Shown here: piece by piece, positions 13,961 to 26,289 of the stretch
How the letters are laid out: the number at the start of each line of letters is the position of its first letter
Numbering within the stretch: the stretch's first letter is position 1
NCBI RefSeq assembly: GCF_036321535.1
Contig: NC_087437.1
Span: forward strand, 36,582,001 to 36,646,000
Length of the DNA: 64,000 nucleotides
Source: Camelus dromedarius
Taxonomy: Eukaryota
Direction: 5' to 3'
Position numbers and translations under genes: made by a program
Notes under the pieces: model-generated
Told to the model about the DNA's origin: nothing
What the model saw: only the letters and a program-made list of their open reading frames with translations
Database searches by the model: none

Positions 13961-14584
13961 ATTTTCTTAGAATTAAAAAAACCCCCTCAGATCCATGAAT
14001 TAGTCCTTCTTTTCTTTCTTCAGATTTTCTAGAATATCTTTTTGAGCCTGAGGCATATCAGAAAATGCCTTTGAGATTTTCCAAAGTATATTCTACTTCC
14101 ACTTTTGTTTCCTGTTTTTTGGGTCTCAAATAAATGTAAAACTATGATATTGTTTCTGACTTTCTTATTAATTTTCAAAATGGACTAAAAAAAATTAAAG
14201 ATAGAAAATAACAGCCCCCCCCCAAACAGCTAAGGAATTAAACCATAGAGTTAAAGTACACATTTTTATATGCTTATAATAAATAGATCCTAATTATCTA
14301 AAATAACTGTATAAACATATATGATTAAAATATCTACTTAATTTTTCTATTAATGTATTTTGAAAAATGAATCTCTGCAAAGTCTTGTTGAAGCAAAAAT
14401 ATTGAGGATTTTATGACAGTTATGTTAAACTTGTTTGGTATTACATAATTTTAACTTAACAGTCAGTGATCAATGAATGTCTGTGTCATTTTTTACAGCT
14501 TAACTAGCTTTTTAACATTAAAACAGCTCAGTGATGACTAAGCTATTATACTCTTCATCACAGAGTCTATTTTTTCTGCTTTCT

Positions 14585-14830
14585 GGAGCTAGTGTAACCT
14601 AGTGATTAAGATCCCCCTGCTTTGGAATCAGTCCTGGATTTCTCAGCTTATTTGACCTTAAGTAAATGATTTAACCTCTTTAGCCTTTTTGCTCATATGA
14701 GAAAAAACAAAAAGGATATAATAATAGGCATTCCAAAAATGGTTGTGAGAATAATGAAGGGAAACCAAGTATGAAGGAAAAATCACTGTGTACAACATAT
14801 AGTAAGTGCCCTCATAGTAGTATCTATAGT
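14585..14830 (+). mobile_element. MIR SINE, near full length
   Basis: gtgtaacctagtgattaag…tgaccttaagtaaatgatttaacctct…catatagtaagtgccc. Confidence 0.85.
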
Positions 14831-14887
14831 TAAAGCTATTATTTTCTCTGTATTATTGTTGACTTATAAATATGAATTTGTTTTCAG

Positions 14888-15570
14888 TTTTCTTTCCATT
14901 TGGTTATGCGATTTTTAAAACTTTGCTGAATTCTTACGACATAAGAGCAAAAATATGTACTAATTGTTTGCCAGTAGAATTTATGTCAAATTTTATAAGA
15001 TAATGAATGGAAAATTTTATTGCCTCAACAGACATCCATTTCACTTAGAGACTTTACTATACACCCCTCAGTACATGGTAGACTTATGTAACATGTCTGT
15101 TCTTCCTAAGACAACGTGAAAGCTCTCTCAGATAATTATATTAGGGCCATCATTGTTAATGTGATTTTATAAACATTCTTCATGTATAGCACTATCTGAA
15201 CCTGCACACTGGTGGTAAATGTCACGTTTAACTTAATTCAATGGCAGCATCAAAGGCCTTAAAGAATTAGTAAAGAGCACTTACTCAGTTTTCATTTGTT
15301 ATAACCCTACCTAGACTGTTGGGCTTCCATATTTTCTATAACTATATATCTGTAACTCTTATTAGGAACACTTTTGAATATTTATTATTCATAATTAAAA
15401 CTTTCCTTTATGAATGAGTCAAAACTACCTAAAACTACATAGTAGCCTTTTCTACGTGGAATTGTATGATATAAATACACTGCTATCTTAGATATGTGTT
15501 TAATTTTAAATGCTATTCTAAATAACACATGGCCATTTCTCTCTGAATTATGATTCCTGGGACTACTACC
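14888..15570 (+). pseudogene. Fossil multi-EGF coding segment (a similar piece lies left of the MIR at ~14370-14580)
   Basis: NLCQIL*DNE (14978), YCLN, PQY/GRL, LSEP (15192)/GGKCH (15211), YICNS, FKCY; VINECLCH at ~14465. Confidence 0.6.
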
Positions 15571-16089
15571 TAATTTTTAAAACTCTAATTTAAAAATATA
15601 TACTGCTGGTAAATATAATACAAATACTCTATAAAGAAGGGCAGGGAAACACCAATTTTTCATATCAGATGCTGTTACACCCTGTTGTTTTTTAAATGAA
15701 ATTGAAAGTTATTGAAAGAGACAAAAAGTTTACTAGATTCTAATATTTGCCAGACATAATTATTCATATAAAAACAATGATAGTTCATTGCTATTTTCCT
15801 CTTTATTTATAAGATTCCCTAACAAGGCTATAAATTCTAGAAGAAAAGGGACCAGGTCTAATTTAAAAATTAATTTTAAAATAATTTAAAAAATAAAAAA
15901 GACAGCAGAATAACTGGAAATTCTACAGTCTGTATAATTGCATCATACCTATTCCCCTTTCTTTTAAATAATAAAAAAAGAACTTATCACAATGGGATAC
16001 AAAGGTAAACATTTCTTTTAATCTAAATTTAGATTATATGAAATATGGATACTCAAAGATCATCTGTTCAGAATTCACATTTACATGAT

Positions 16090-16700
16090 CAAGCTTATGT
16101 ATTTTGCCAGTTTTACTGGGCATACAAGAGAGGCTAACAGCTTTCCTCTTTCCATCAGCCTCCCTATTCTTTGGAGTTCTATCTGTTATAGAAATATTCC
16201 AGTAATGACAACTTGGACTCTATATGGCTCCAAAGTATTGCCTGCGCCACTCTCCCCCGTGCCTCCAATTTTTCATCACTGTGCTCCTGCTGAAAAATTA
16301 GAAGCTCACTTATATTGAAAGTTCTTAACGAGGATGCTTTACCTGTTAATCACTTGGCCTGAATGTCAATGCTCCAAGTGCAGATTTAGACTCTGAAATT
16401 GGGTCAGTTTCCTCAGTGCCGAGCTGTCCTTATACACAGTCCTCATGCCAACATCACATAATCTTTTATTTCTATGTGCATTGTGTTGAAGTGATTGAAC
16501 CACCTTGTTAAAGCCAAGTTCTATTTTATGATGCATATTTCTGTCGATAAACATGATTGTAAATTCTTCTTTCTGCTTTCAGTCTTTTCTTCCATTTCCA
16601 ATTCTGTTATTTTTACTGTTGTTTTTTTTTTCCTATTACCAGCCATGGTGAGTACATTTTTTTCTAAATGTCATCATGCTTAAAAAGAGGTCCGATATTT
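16090..16700 (+). pseudogene. Fossil EGF-like repeat coding segment
   Basis: LCILP/SFTGHTREAN (16109), LYGSK, HHCAP, VLNE, ECQCS, VHCVEVIEPPC. Confidence 0.55.
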
Positions 16701-17139
16701 TACAACTTTTCCTTACCAAATTACTAATTAGTACACCTGAAGAAAAACATTCTATGTCGTTAACTTTCATCCTAATTTCACTTGTCACTAACAGCAGCCA
16801 TTAGCTCTTACGAATTTCTTTTTTTCTTTTCTTCAAATATGTCAGTTTCTCTCTCATATAAGACAAATAGCAGGTGATCGTTCCTAAGAGACAGGGAAGA
16901 AGGAGAGACAGAGACAGAAGGAATCCATTGTAACTAGCCTTGAGAAACTCAATGAGGTACTTTAGTGTGCTTCAACTAAAAGACAGGTCAATTAACTTCT
17001 CTAAGGTCTAGTGTTAGTTAACTTGCTAATAAGTGAGCAAACTTTAGATTCATACTATCACATTGCCTCAGAGACCAGAAAATAGTGTAAAGACAGAAAA
17101 AACAGACTTTCTAATTTCTAAATCTTCTTAATTTTCACT

Positions 17140-17290
17140 AATGTAAGGATATGCAGTGAGTGCAATGTGAATCTTCATTAACTTGCCATCTAGTTCATCA
17201 TTAGCCAATTGAAGAACCACTCAGGGGCACTGAGAGATAGATGGTTATTTTACCAATATGTTTTAGAATGTGTTATAAATGTTAATTCAG
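17140..17290 (+). pseudogene. Fossil EGF-like unit
   Basis: GYA (17147)/VQCE/IFINL/SSS..AN across frameshifts. Confidence 0.45.
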
Positions 17291-17339
17291 TATTATCTCT
17301 GTAACTACATGAATTTCGAAAAGCAGTGATTCCAGAGAT

Positions 17340-17965
17340 TAAGAAACTGAAGTATTCTTTGGATACTTAACGAATGAAAATACTCGTTTGATAATCTTCA
17401 CGCAAAATCGATTTTCAACTGGACAAAAAAGCAGATGAGAAATGCTCAAATTATGGCACAACAGAGGGACTAAGAACAGTAATATAAACTACTACATAAG
17501 AATAACAGATATAGTAGAAAAGAGACAAATCACATTTAAATAATTTAAATGGTCAATAAACCACAGGAATCTGTGGTACTTTATGTTAGTGATATTCCCA
17601 CCAGAAATGCACTATCCCGGTCTACTCAGGAGAAAAACATCATATAAATTCCAACTGAAGACATTCTACTAAATAGCTGACCAGTATCCTCAAATGCTAT
17701 CAAGGTCACCAAAAATAAGACATGTTTTATTAACTGTCATAACCAAGAGAAGCTTAAGGAGGTAAAAGTACTTAATCTAATTTTACCCTTAAGCAAAGAG
17801 GAGTAAATAGGAAAAACAGAGGAAATTTGATGGGAATTTACTTATCAGTATTGCATCATAATTGTGAGAAATGTACCACTCTAATGTAAGATGTCAGTAA
17901 TAGTGAAAATTGGGTGAGGAGTACATGTGAACTCTCTGTACTGTTCCAATAATTGTATGAAGTGA
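17340..17965 (+). mobile_element. L1 3' end (L1MC/L1MD class)
   Basis: gacattctactaaatagctgaccagtatcctcaaa…atgtaccactctaatgtaagatgt…aactctctgtact, typical old L1 3' UTR. Confidence 0.8.
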
Positions 17966-18949
17966 AATGTAACACTGAGGAAAGCATTCAAAGGTAAAAA
18001 ATCTGGACTTATGAAAGAGGTTGGTAGACATGAAAAACAGAGTGAAACGATTTGAAAACAATTAATTCTAGAGTAATAAAGCATGTGGCAATGCAGTGAA
18101 AGGCATTATTTGCAAAGTTAAGGGTGAAAGACTGAGAATTAAAATTAATCCCAGCAGCTTTATGCTCTAATGTAGTAAAATCTGTTCCTTGGCCACTTGA
18201 TATAGGTAATATATTTCTTTAAAATCTCATTAGTTATATGGGTAGGGCTAATCAACCTTATAGGAGATATTCTGTGAATAAAGTTAAGTTAGAACTTTTA
18301 AAATACGAAGTGCTTTGTAGACATTAGATCTTTTACTACCTATTATTCCATAGAATGTCAGAATTGCATCAGTCTTCTGAAGAAGGATTTCTTTTTTTTT
18401 CTTCTGATTTATGTGTTTTTAGATAAGGTGAATACAAATTTATATTTTGATAATAAAATATCATAATTGGAGACAGTGATATTTAGGTTAATTTAAGATG
18501 TGTTAGCTGGATTGAAGAGAGGATCAAATGTTTAAATTTCAAATGGAATTAAATTTAAATAGAATCCTAAATTTTACTTACATTTAAATATAATAGCTTT
18601 TGTTTCTATACTGGCTAAAGATAATTGTGTTGCTTGAATTGGAATCAACTTGTTTATATATTTGACTAACCTGGTTGCTAGAATTTTTTTCTCTGAAGAA
18701 TTTTCTTGTTAGTACTAGCTAAATAATTCAATATTTTGTTTTTCCATTCTCTTATATAGCCTCTTTCAAAATTTCTCATTCTCATTATCTCTATTGTTGT
18801 ATTTTAGCATTAAAATCAAATTTAAAATGAAAAATCTTTCTTGAGAGAAAATAAGAAAATGAAAATGATGAAAATAGAAATGAAATAAAGATGGAAAATT
18901 AGACAAGATATATAAAAGATAAGAATTTCAACAAAATTTTGGAATGTAT

Positions 18950-20490
18950 AATATTATGAAATTGACTCTACTTAAATTAAAAAAATGCAGTCTATATAGT
19001 CAAGAACTGCGGTTAAGAATTGTAGAGCAGATTAGACAAGGCAGAGGACAAGACTTATGAACTAAAACATAAGTCAACAGAAAACATCCAAACTGAAGGA
19101 TAAAGAAAAAAAAAATGGAGGAAAAGCATTTCTGACACACATGGGACATACTCAAACATTCTAATAAATATTTAACTATAGTCCCAGAAGGAGACAGTGG
19201 AGACAATGAGTTAGAAGCAAAATTGAAAAAAGTTAACCATTAATATTCAAAACTTATGAAAGATATCAACTTTTGTCCAAAATGTTCCATGAAACACCAT
19301 AGTAAAAAAGCAAATGAAACCACAGCTAGGTATATTGTAACAAAACTCTGTAACTTAAAGAAGTTATAAAGAAAATCTAAAAAAGCTGCTAGAGTAAAAA
19401 CTACATGTTACCTACAAAGAAGCAACTAAAAACTTCCATACAGAAAAGAAAAACAAAAAGCCAAATGAAAATAGAGACATCTTTATAGTATAGGAAAATT
19501 TACTGCCAAGAAATCAGCCTCTAATCAAAAACCTATGCTGCAAAAATGAAGTTTTCAGACATACCTAAAACCGATAAAGATGTATGGTAAGTCAGGCTAG
19601 TCCAATAAATATTAAATAAATTTTAAAAGGAAAGATTATTTAAATAGTTAATATTTAAGTATTTTAAGTATGTATTAAAAGGAAAACTCTGTCAGATGGA
19701 ATATGATTCCTGATAGAAATATGGAAATGAAAAATGGAATGAATAATACTGGAGAGAGTAAATATGTAGGCTAATGTAAATGATCACTGGTAGTGTTAAA
19801 AAATGTAATGCTTTGTAAAGTTTGAAATGTATGGAAAATAAAAACCCATAGCTGAAATAATTTAAAACAAGGAATGATATTTCTGATGAAGCATTCTATG
19901 GTTATAGTAAGGTCAGGAACACCCTAAGACTATAATAAGTGAAGGAAAAAATAATATAATGTCTAAAATAACCAATAAAATAATACATAACTAACAATTT
20001 AATACAGAGAAGTGTATTAAAATATTTGTTTAACCCCCAAAAGGCAAGGAATATGGACAACAGAACATTAAACAATGGTGTCAAATATTATACAAGTACA
20101 TTTTATATTAGTTATTATACTTATATAAATAAACTAAATATTCAAGTTACAAAAGGAATATTGTCAGATTGGATTATGACAGAGATAAAACCTAAGACTC
20201 AAAAAGAGTGATGGAATAATAATATATAACACAAGCAATAATAAAAACAAAAACTGCTAAGTCTACTAATACCAGACAAATTCGACTTTAAGGCAGGAGT
20301 CATACTACAGAAAAGGAGAAATATTTTATAATTATAGTAGGGTTTATCCAAAAAAAAAGTTATAAAATTTCTAATTTAGATTGCATTTAGTAACAGTCTT
20401 AATCAATGTAAACCAAAAATTCATAGAAATAAATGAAAATATAAACATATACAAAGTGACAGTGGCAGATTTTCACTCACCTAATAAAAA
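18950..20490 (+). mobile_element. Old L1, degraded ORF1 plus ORF2 endonuclease start
   Basis: ORF1 motifs (gtcccagaaggag, atgaaagatatcaac) and EN motifs (gtcagattggatt, agacaaattcgactttaag, gcagattttcactc). Confidence 0.8.
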
Positions 20491-20980
20491 AACAGGCCAT
20501 TTAATGTGGGTCAGGTAACAACTGAAAAAGAGAAACGGTCATTAAGTTACCCTTAGAAGACACAAAATGTTTCCATCAAATATGTAGGAATTAAATTCAC
20601 TGTTCACTGAGGGTACTGAACAATTTGATGAAAAAAAAAAAACAGTAATGAAAAATGAATCAACATAACATTTTTGTTATTTTTCTGATGGCTATCTTTA
20701 TAAAAGTAAAATATTAAGATTTTAGGTTAATGGGTGCTTTAAGTCTTGGAATATTTCATATGTATGAAAACACCATTATGATAGCTCTTCTCAGTAATTT
20801 TCAACCTCTATGGAAAGTATTATCAGTTCTGACATATTAGTTATCCTTTCTCTATGTCCTTCATAAGAAATTTGTCTATTCACTTAAATAACATCTTTTA
20901 TTTTTACATCATTGACAGGGAAGCATTTTAAAACACATAATTTTAAAATGATTTATGCCAAAATGAATTAACTGTTTCAG

Positions 20981-21100
20981 TTTTGAATGTGTCCATTACT
21001 TTTGAGAAAATGTGAATTTCACGGTAATGGTGGTGTTAACAAAAATCACTATATAAATGGCTGACTCCATCTCTTCATACAAAGGTTGCTTTGAATTAAG
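20981..21100 (+). pseudogene. Fossil EGF-like exon-shaped segment
   Basis: tttcag|T TTT GAA TGT GTC (FECV), KCEFHGNGGV (21008), YING; ends AAG|gtaatt. Confidence 0.55.
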
Positions 21101-22369
21101 GTAATTTAACCAGTCTTATAATTTACCTATAAATTGCATGTTAGTTTTTCCTATTCAAGGAAAAAGCTGATTTTTCTATGTTATCTGCCTCTTCTACTAT
21201 CCTCAAATCCACATTCTAACCTCTCTGTAGAAATCTAATTCTCTACTCCTCTGAAAATCACTGGAGTAGTGAAATCTTAAACTTACAACCTCTAAACATA
21301 ACCAATGTATCATATAGACAGTAGTTAGCATACTGATATATATTTGTTTATATATGAATATATATGTATATATCATATAAACAATATTATAGTATATATA
21401 TATATACACACACATACACTTTCTTGTGGTTAGTTTTAAGTCTATATCATTTTTATATTTAGTTTATTAACAAAGGGATAATCTAAGATTTCTAGAAAAT
21501 AAGTTAAGGGATCAAAATGGATTTTTCTTAGCCAGCTGATAAAGTTATAAAAGATATGGGACATCAATCCAGATGGTCAACCAATGTAAAATATAAATGT
21601 GATACAAAGATTATTAACATACAGACCAAGAAACCACATGTTGAGAAACTAAGTCACTTAATGTATTAAATATGACGTACAAGCATCTGAGACACACATA
21701 GATACAGGCACAGAAAAAGAAAAGTGATACTGAGAGAACAGAATTTCATAACCCAGAGACTGAACAAGAGACAGAAACATTAAAGAATCAGAAAAATAGA
21801 TTAAGTCAGAGGCAGAGAGAATCAATAGCACTAAGTCATTTTGTCAATCTAAAGCAAAATCAATGTGTATTAAGCATGGCAAGGACAAATTAAAGTGGAG
21901 ACTATTTTATTTGACTTTTTACATTATTTTGTACTACTTTAAAAGCCGTATTTTCACGTACCAATCATGAGTAAGTCTGGATTTTTTTAACATGGGGTAT
22001 TATGAATGCAAATTTAGGGCTCACAATATTTTAACTTCTTAAGGAAAGAATCTTTTATTTTTTTTCCTCTTGGGTTTATTTTTTGCCAGTAAAAAAAAAG
22101 GTTTGTTCCAGAGCAAATATCTTTTGTCAATGTTTTTGATATGTATCTGCCTATTGCTTTAATAGACCCAAATAAGATAATTATTCATTTTCCTTAGCTA
22201 ATACTTTATGGTAGCATTTAGCATTTTACTCTGAGGAAATAATGCATATGATATGAATGGACTATAAAAGAAAGTGATAATTAAAAATTCTATTAGTTCA
22301 GTGAGTTGATCTATAAAATACTATTTGAGCTATTTTAGTTATTTATGTATTTAAGAGGTATATTAGTTA

Positions 22370-22530
22370 TAGTTCACATGTCCCTCCCAATAAATGATTC
22401 TTGTAGAATACTATTGGGCATTTTGCATGTTACAGAGCATTTATTTTCAATATAAAACAGTGTGACTAAAACTGCTGTATTTTTAACTCCTGTAATATGC
22501 AATACAAATTGCATATCACTGTAGTACAGC
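22370..22530 (+). pseudogene. Fossil Ca-binding-type EGF unit
   Basis: NDSC/NTIGHFAC (22407)…NIKQCD*NCC. Confidence 0.55.
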
Positions 22531-23204
22531 ATGTTAGCTTTTTAAAATATAAGCAATGTTATTGATCCTATTAGAACCCTCTACATATTTTAATGCATTA
22601 TAAATATATTCACATATAAACAAGAGTATGTACTAGAGATCAGCTGCAAGTGAGTAAGGTTCAAAGTTGAGCCATAGGAAAATAGAGTAATAGAGAGAGA
22701 CTGCAGGGATCAAATACAAAAACAAAAGGGGAGAAAGCAAAGAGCATAGAGATAGTAAACTTTTTAACTTTAAAATTCATAAAAATAACTAAATAAAAAA
22801 AGTATAACAGAAATGATACAGACAAATACTTCCTGGCATAGATGATAAGAAGAAAAAACCCAAAATGACATAATTTAGGAAAAATATTTTCTCACTACCC
22901 TCTTTAGAAGCAACCAGTGTTAACTTATTTCAGAAAATCCCTGCCCTCTTTAGAACTCAGTTTATATATATTAGGCTGGGTTGGGGCAGGGGCTTTGTTC
23001 AGCACTTTTTCTTTTCCTTTAGACACCATCATGGACTTCCAAACTATTCCTAATAGGCCATGGTACAAACTGTCCATTTTGTATATTTATATTTGAGTTA
23101 TCATGAAGGGTTTTAAAATTGTGGCAAGAACTGTGATATTAGATATGGTGTTTCTGCCTTCCTGAGAAAGCTAGCCTTCTCTGGCCTGTTTGATAAACTA
23201 CTTC

Positions 23205-23745
23205 TACTTCTAGCTTAGACAAAAGAACAGGAATCAGATTTTCCCTCCTACATGAAACAACCAAAAAACTGACAAAATAAATAGCACAATATTTTTTAAG
23301 ACAAAAGGCAATGATAGAAAGTGATTCTTGAGGGATGAGGAGTAAAGGGGTAAATGAATCCTATAGTTGCCCCAGATGACTGTCCTGAGAGGGTATCCAT
23401 GTTGTGGTGTAGGGAGTGGGAAAGTAGGGAAACCCAGGCTGACTTCTGCAGACTTCCTGAGTTAAGGTGATGAAATTAGGAGTTCTGGGAGGCAAAGGTG
23501 GCTAAAGGTCACAGAACAGAGTCCCAGAGAGGGGAGAGCTCCACTGACACAAAACCCCAGAAGCCTGAGAATGGTTGGGGATCAGAGAGTGTTTTTCTAC
23601 AAAGCGACATGATGAAAACTGTTGAGGCAGTCCAGATGTTTTAAGTATGATTGTCGTGATGTTTACATAACTGTTCACATTTTCAGAAGTCATCAATTTG
23701 TCCACTACAATATGATGAAGCTTATTATATGTAAATAATATCACA
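23205..23745 (+). mobile_element. L1M 5' end (~23205-23590) directly followed by an L1 3' terminus (~23620-23745)
   Basis: 5' UTR-like ccctcctacatgaaacaaccaaaaaactgacaaaata; 3' terminus …ttattatatgtaaataatatcacaataaag. Confidence 0.6.
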
Positions 23746-24389
23746 ATAAAGGTGACTGAAATATTATTTGTTAATATTGAGACGTATATTTTAGCAAAAG
23801 AAGGTCTAACAGGAGGGACCAAAATCTGGGGACTGATGAAAAACTGGAAAAGGCAGAGAAAAGAATCATTTTTGAGTAACTTCTGTGTGCCAGGCACTGT
23901 GATAGATTCTTTTGCATACAATATCTTCATGGCAGATAACACCACATGATAAATGCAAAGAGCAATAAAAGAGATGATGCCCGTTTATTTATGGAATTTG
24001 ATTTTTATTATATTACTAAAATGAAATATATTCCAAGAAAAGTTTTGTTTCAGCAGCTAAATCTTTTCACAAAATACCTGAAGTCCCAAACTTGTTATTT
24101 TTGCTTACCCCAGGCCTCTTTATAATCTCTGGCTGTCAGCAGAGTTTCCAAAGTCTTCAGTGTATGTCAATATAAGTTCAACATCCATGTTAAGGCTCAA
24201 ATCATAGGCATCCTAAACTTCTAAAAATAATGGCTATACCATCTGCTTTTTTGATGTTCTTTCATGGTAGTTGTATCTAAATCTATTATAAATGTATATA
24301 CATGTTGAGTTTTAAATAATCTTGCCCTCTCACATGTATACCAATTGAGAATAGATTAGGGATGTAATTAATTAATTAAATTATATTTT

Positions 24390-25245
24390 AAAAAAATACT
24401 TAATTTTTTTACCGAAGTTGTAGGTTCTCATCAAAACTGAGTGGAAGATGCAAAGATTTTCCATATATCCCCTGCCCTCACACATGAATACTCTCTCCCA
24501 TTATCAACATGCCTCGCAAGAGTGGTATATTTGTTACAATTGATGAACCTATATTTACACATCATTTTCAGCCAAATCCATAGGTTACCTCAGGATTCTC
24601 TCTAGGTTCATGTTCAGTTTGGAAGGACATGTGTTCACCATTAAGGTATACAGAATACTTTTGGTACCCTAAAAATTCTCTGTATTCCACTTATCCATTC
24701 TTCATTCTCCCCCCAAACCCTTGGCAACCACTGATCTTTTAACTGTCTCCATAGTTTTTGCCATACATGTATTTTGTTGGAATCATAGTTTGCTACCTTT
24801 CCAGATTGACTTCTTGCATAGAGTAATACATATTTAAGTTTCTTCTATGTTTTTACATGACTTGATAGCTCATTTTTTTTTAGGTTTGAATAATAATTCA
24901 TTGTATGGATGTAACATAGTTGTTGTTTTTATTTTTATTTAATCTGTTGACCTAATGAAGGACATCTTGGTTGCTTCCAAGTTTTGGCAATAATGGATAA
25001 AGCTGCTCTAAACATTGATGGCACATTTTTGTATGGACATATGCTTTCAACTCCTTTTGGTAAATATAAAAAAATGTGCTGCTGGATCATATGAATATGT
25101 TTAGTTTTGTTAGAAGCTGCCAGACTGTCTAATGGAAATGGCTGAATTACAGTTCCTGTTGCTCTACATCCTTTCCAGCATTTGGTGTTGTCAGTGTTTT
25201 ATGTTTTGACCATTCTAATGGGTATATAGAGGTATCTCATTGTTG
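24390..25245 (-). mobile_element. L1 3' region (L1MC1-like)
   Basis: ccatatatcccctgccctcacac…tttgttacaattgatgaacct…ggacatcttggttgcttccaagttttggcaat. Confidence 0.9.
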
Positions 25246-26121
25246 TCCCCATGTTCCCATGAGGTCCCATGTTCTACTCATTTCTCAGGATTAGTGAGGG
25301 AGTTCCAGCTTCATTCCCATCTCCCCTTAAACATACATCCTTGCAACTGGGTCAAAGCCCAGCTTTTAACCCCAGTGCAAATATTTGTACCTGCTCCCAG
25401 AGGAGCTCCATTCTTACTGAGCCCTACGTGTGAATCACAACTAATGCTCTGGATTAGAACATTTAAATTATTTTTTCTGGACACCTATAATTGCTCCAAA
25501 CTTCTTTTAGCTGAACTATACAAGAAAAATTACATTTTTTTCTGTAGCACCTAGTCCTTTTGCAGAAGAAAAACCCTCTTCCCAATACAGAATTTCAGAT
25601 CTTTGGTTGGTTCCTCATTGATCCTCTCTTTGCTTCTCTATATGAATACACATTAGGAGTCCTTTCACTTATGTTGAGGTTTGAATATTCACTGTCTACT
25701 AATTTTTTTTCTAAAGCAGATCTGTGTTTATATTTCCTGTTCTCCTTATTGCTTTTGCATGATTTTCAGAAGGGAAAATGATAGTGCCAACTTTATACTG
25801 TAATAGTAAAAGTTAAAATAATGGCTATTTTTTTTCCAAACCTATGTGCTGATTTCTAGGAACTGAGCAAATGCTTTAAAAAAATGACAATTTCTATGGA
25901 AAAAAAAAACTATTAGAAATTATGTATACATCACCATTTCCCCAAAACTGACTGACATCTATCCAATGTAGTCCGAGACTCACAAAATCAATTTGAGGCT
26001 ATGAATGAATATTTATGTTTCACATACCTTAAGTAAAATCTAGCTATAAAATATACTATCTTAATATAATTTAGGTTGAAAGGATATTAGGGTCAAATAT
26101 GAATGCTCTTGGAATATTGAG

Positions 26122-26289
26122 TTTTTTTTAATTTTTAATTTTTTTTTTAAATTTTTAGGAGGAGGAGGTAATTAGGTTTATTTATTTATTTATTTATTTA
26201 TTTATTTTAGTGGAGGTATTGGGGATTGAACCCAGGACCTCGTACATGCTAAACATGTGCTCTACCACTGAGCTATATACCTCCCTCCC
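26122..26289 (-). mobile_element. tRNA-derived SINE, camelid Vic-1 type, full length
   Basis: Minus strand: A box TAGCTCAGTGG, B box GGTTCAATCC, (TAAA)n, AACCTAATTACC, A tail; TSD aatattgag at 26113-26121 and 26293-26301. Confidence 0.9.

Noticed and set aside
23502..23945. Longest ORF in the track (147 aa, - strand)
   Set aside because: It spans antisense L1 and MIR fragments, so it is most likely a chance ORF.
26210..26289. Functional tRNA gene
   Set aside because: The tRNA-like head is part of a SINE with tail and TSD.
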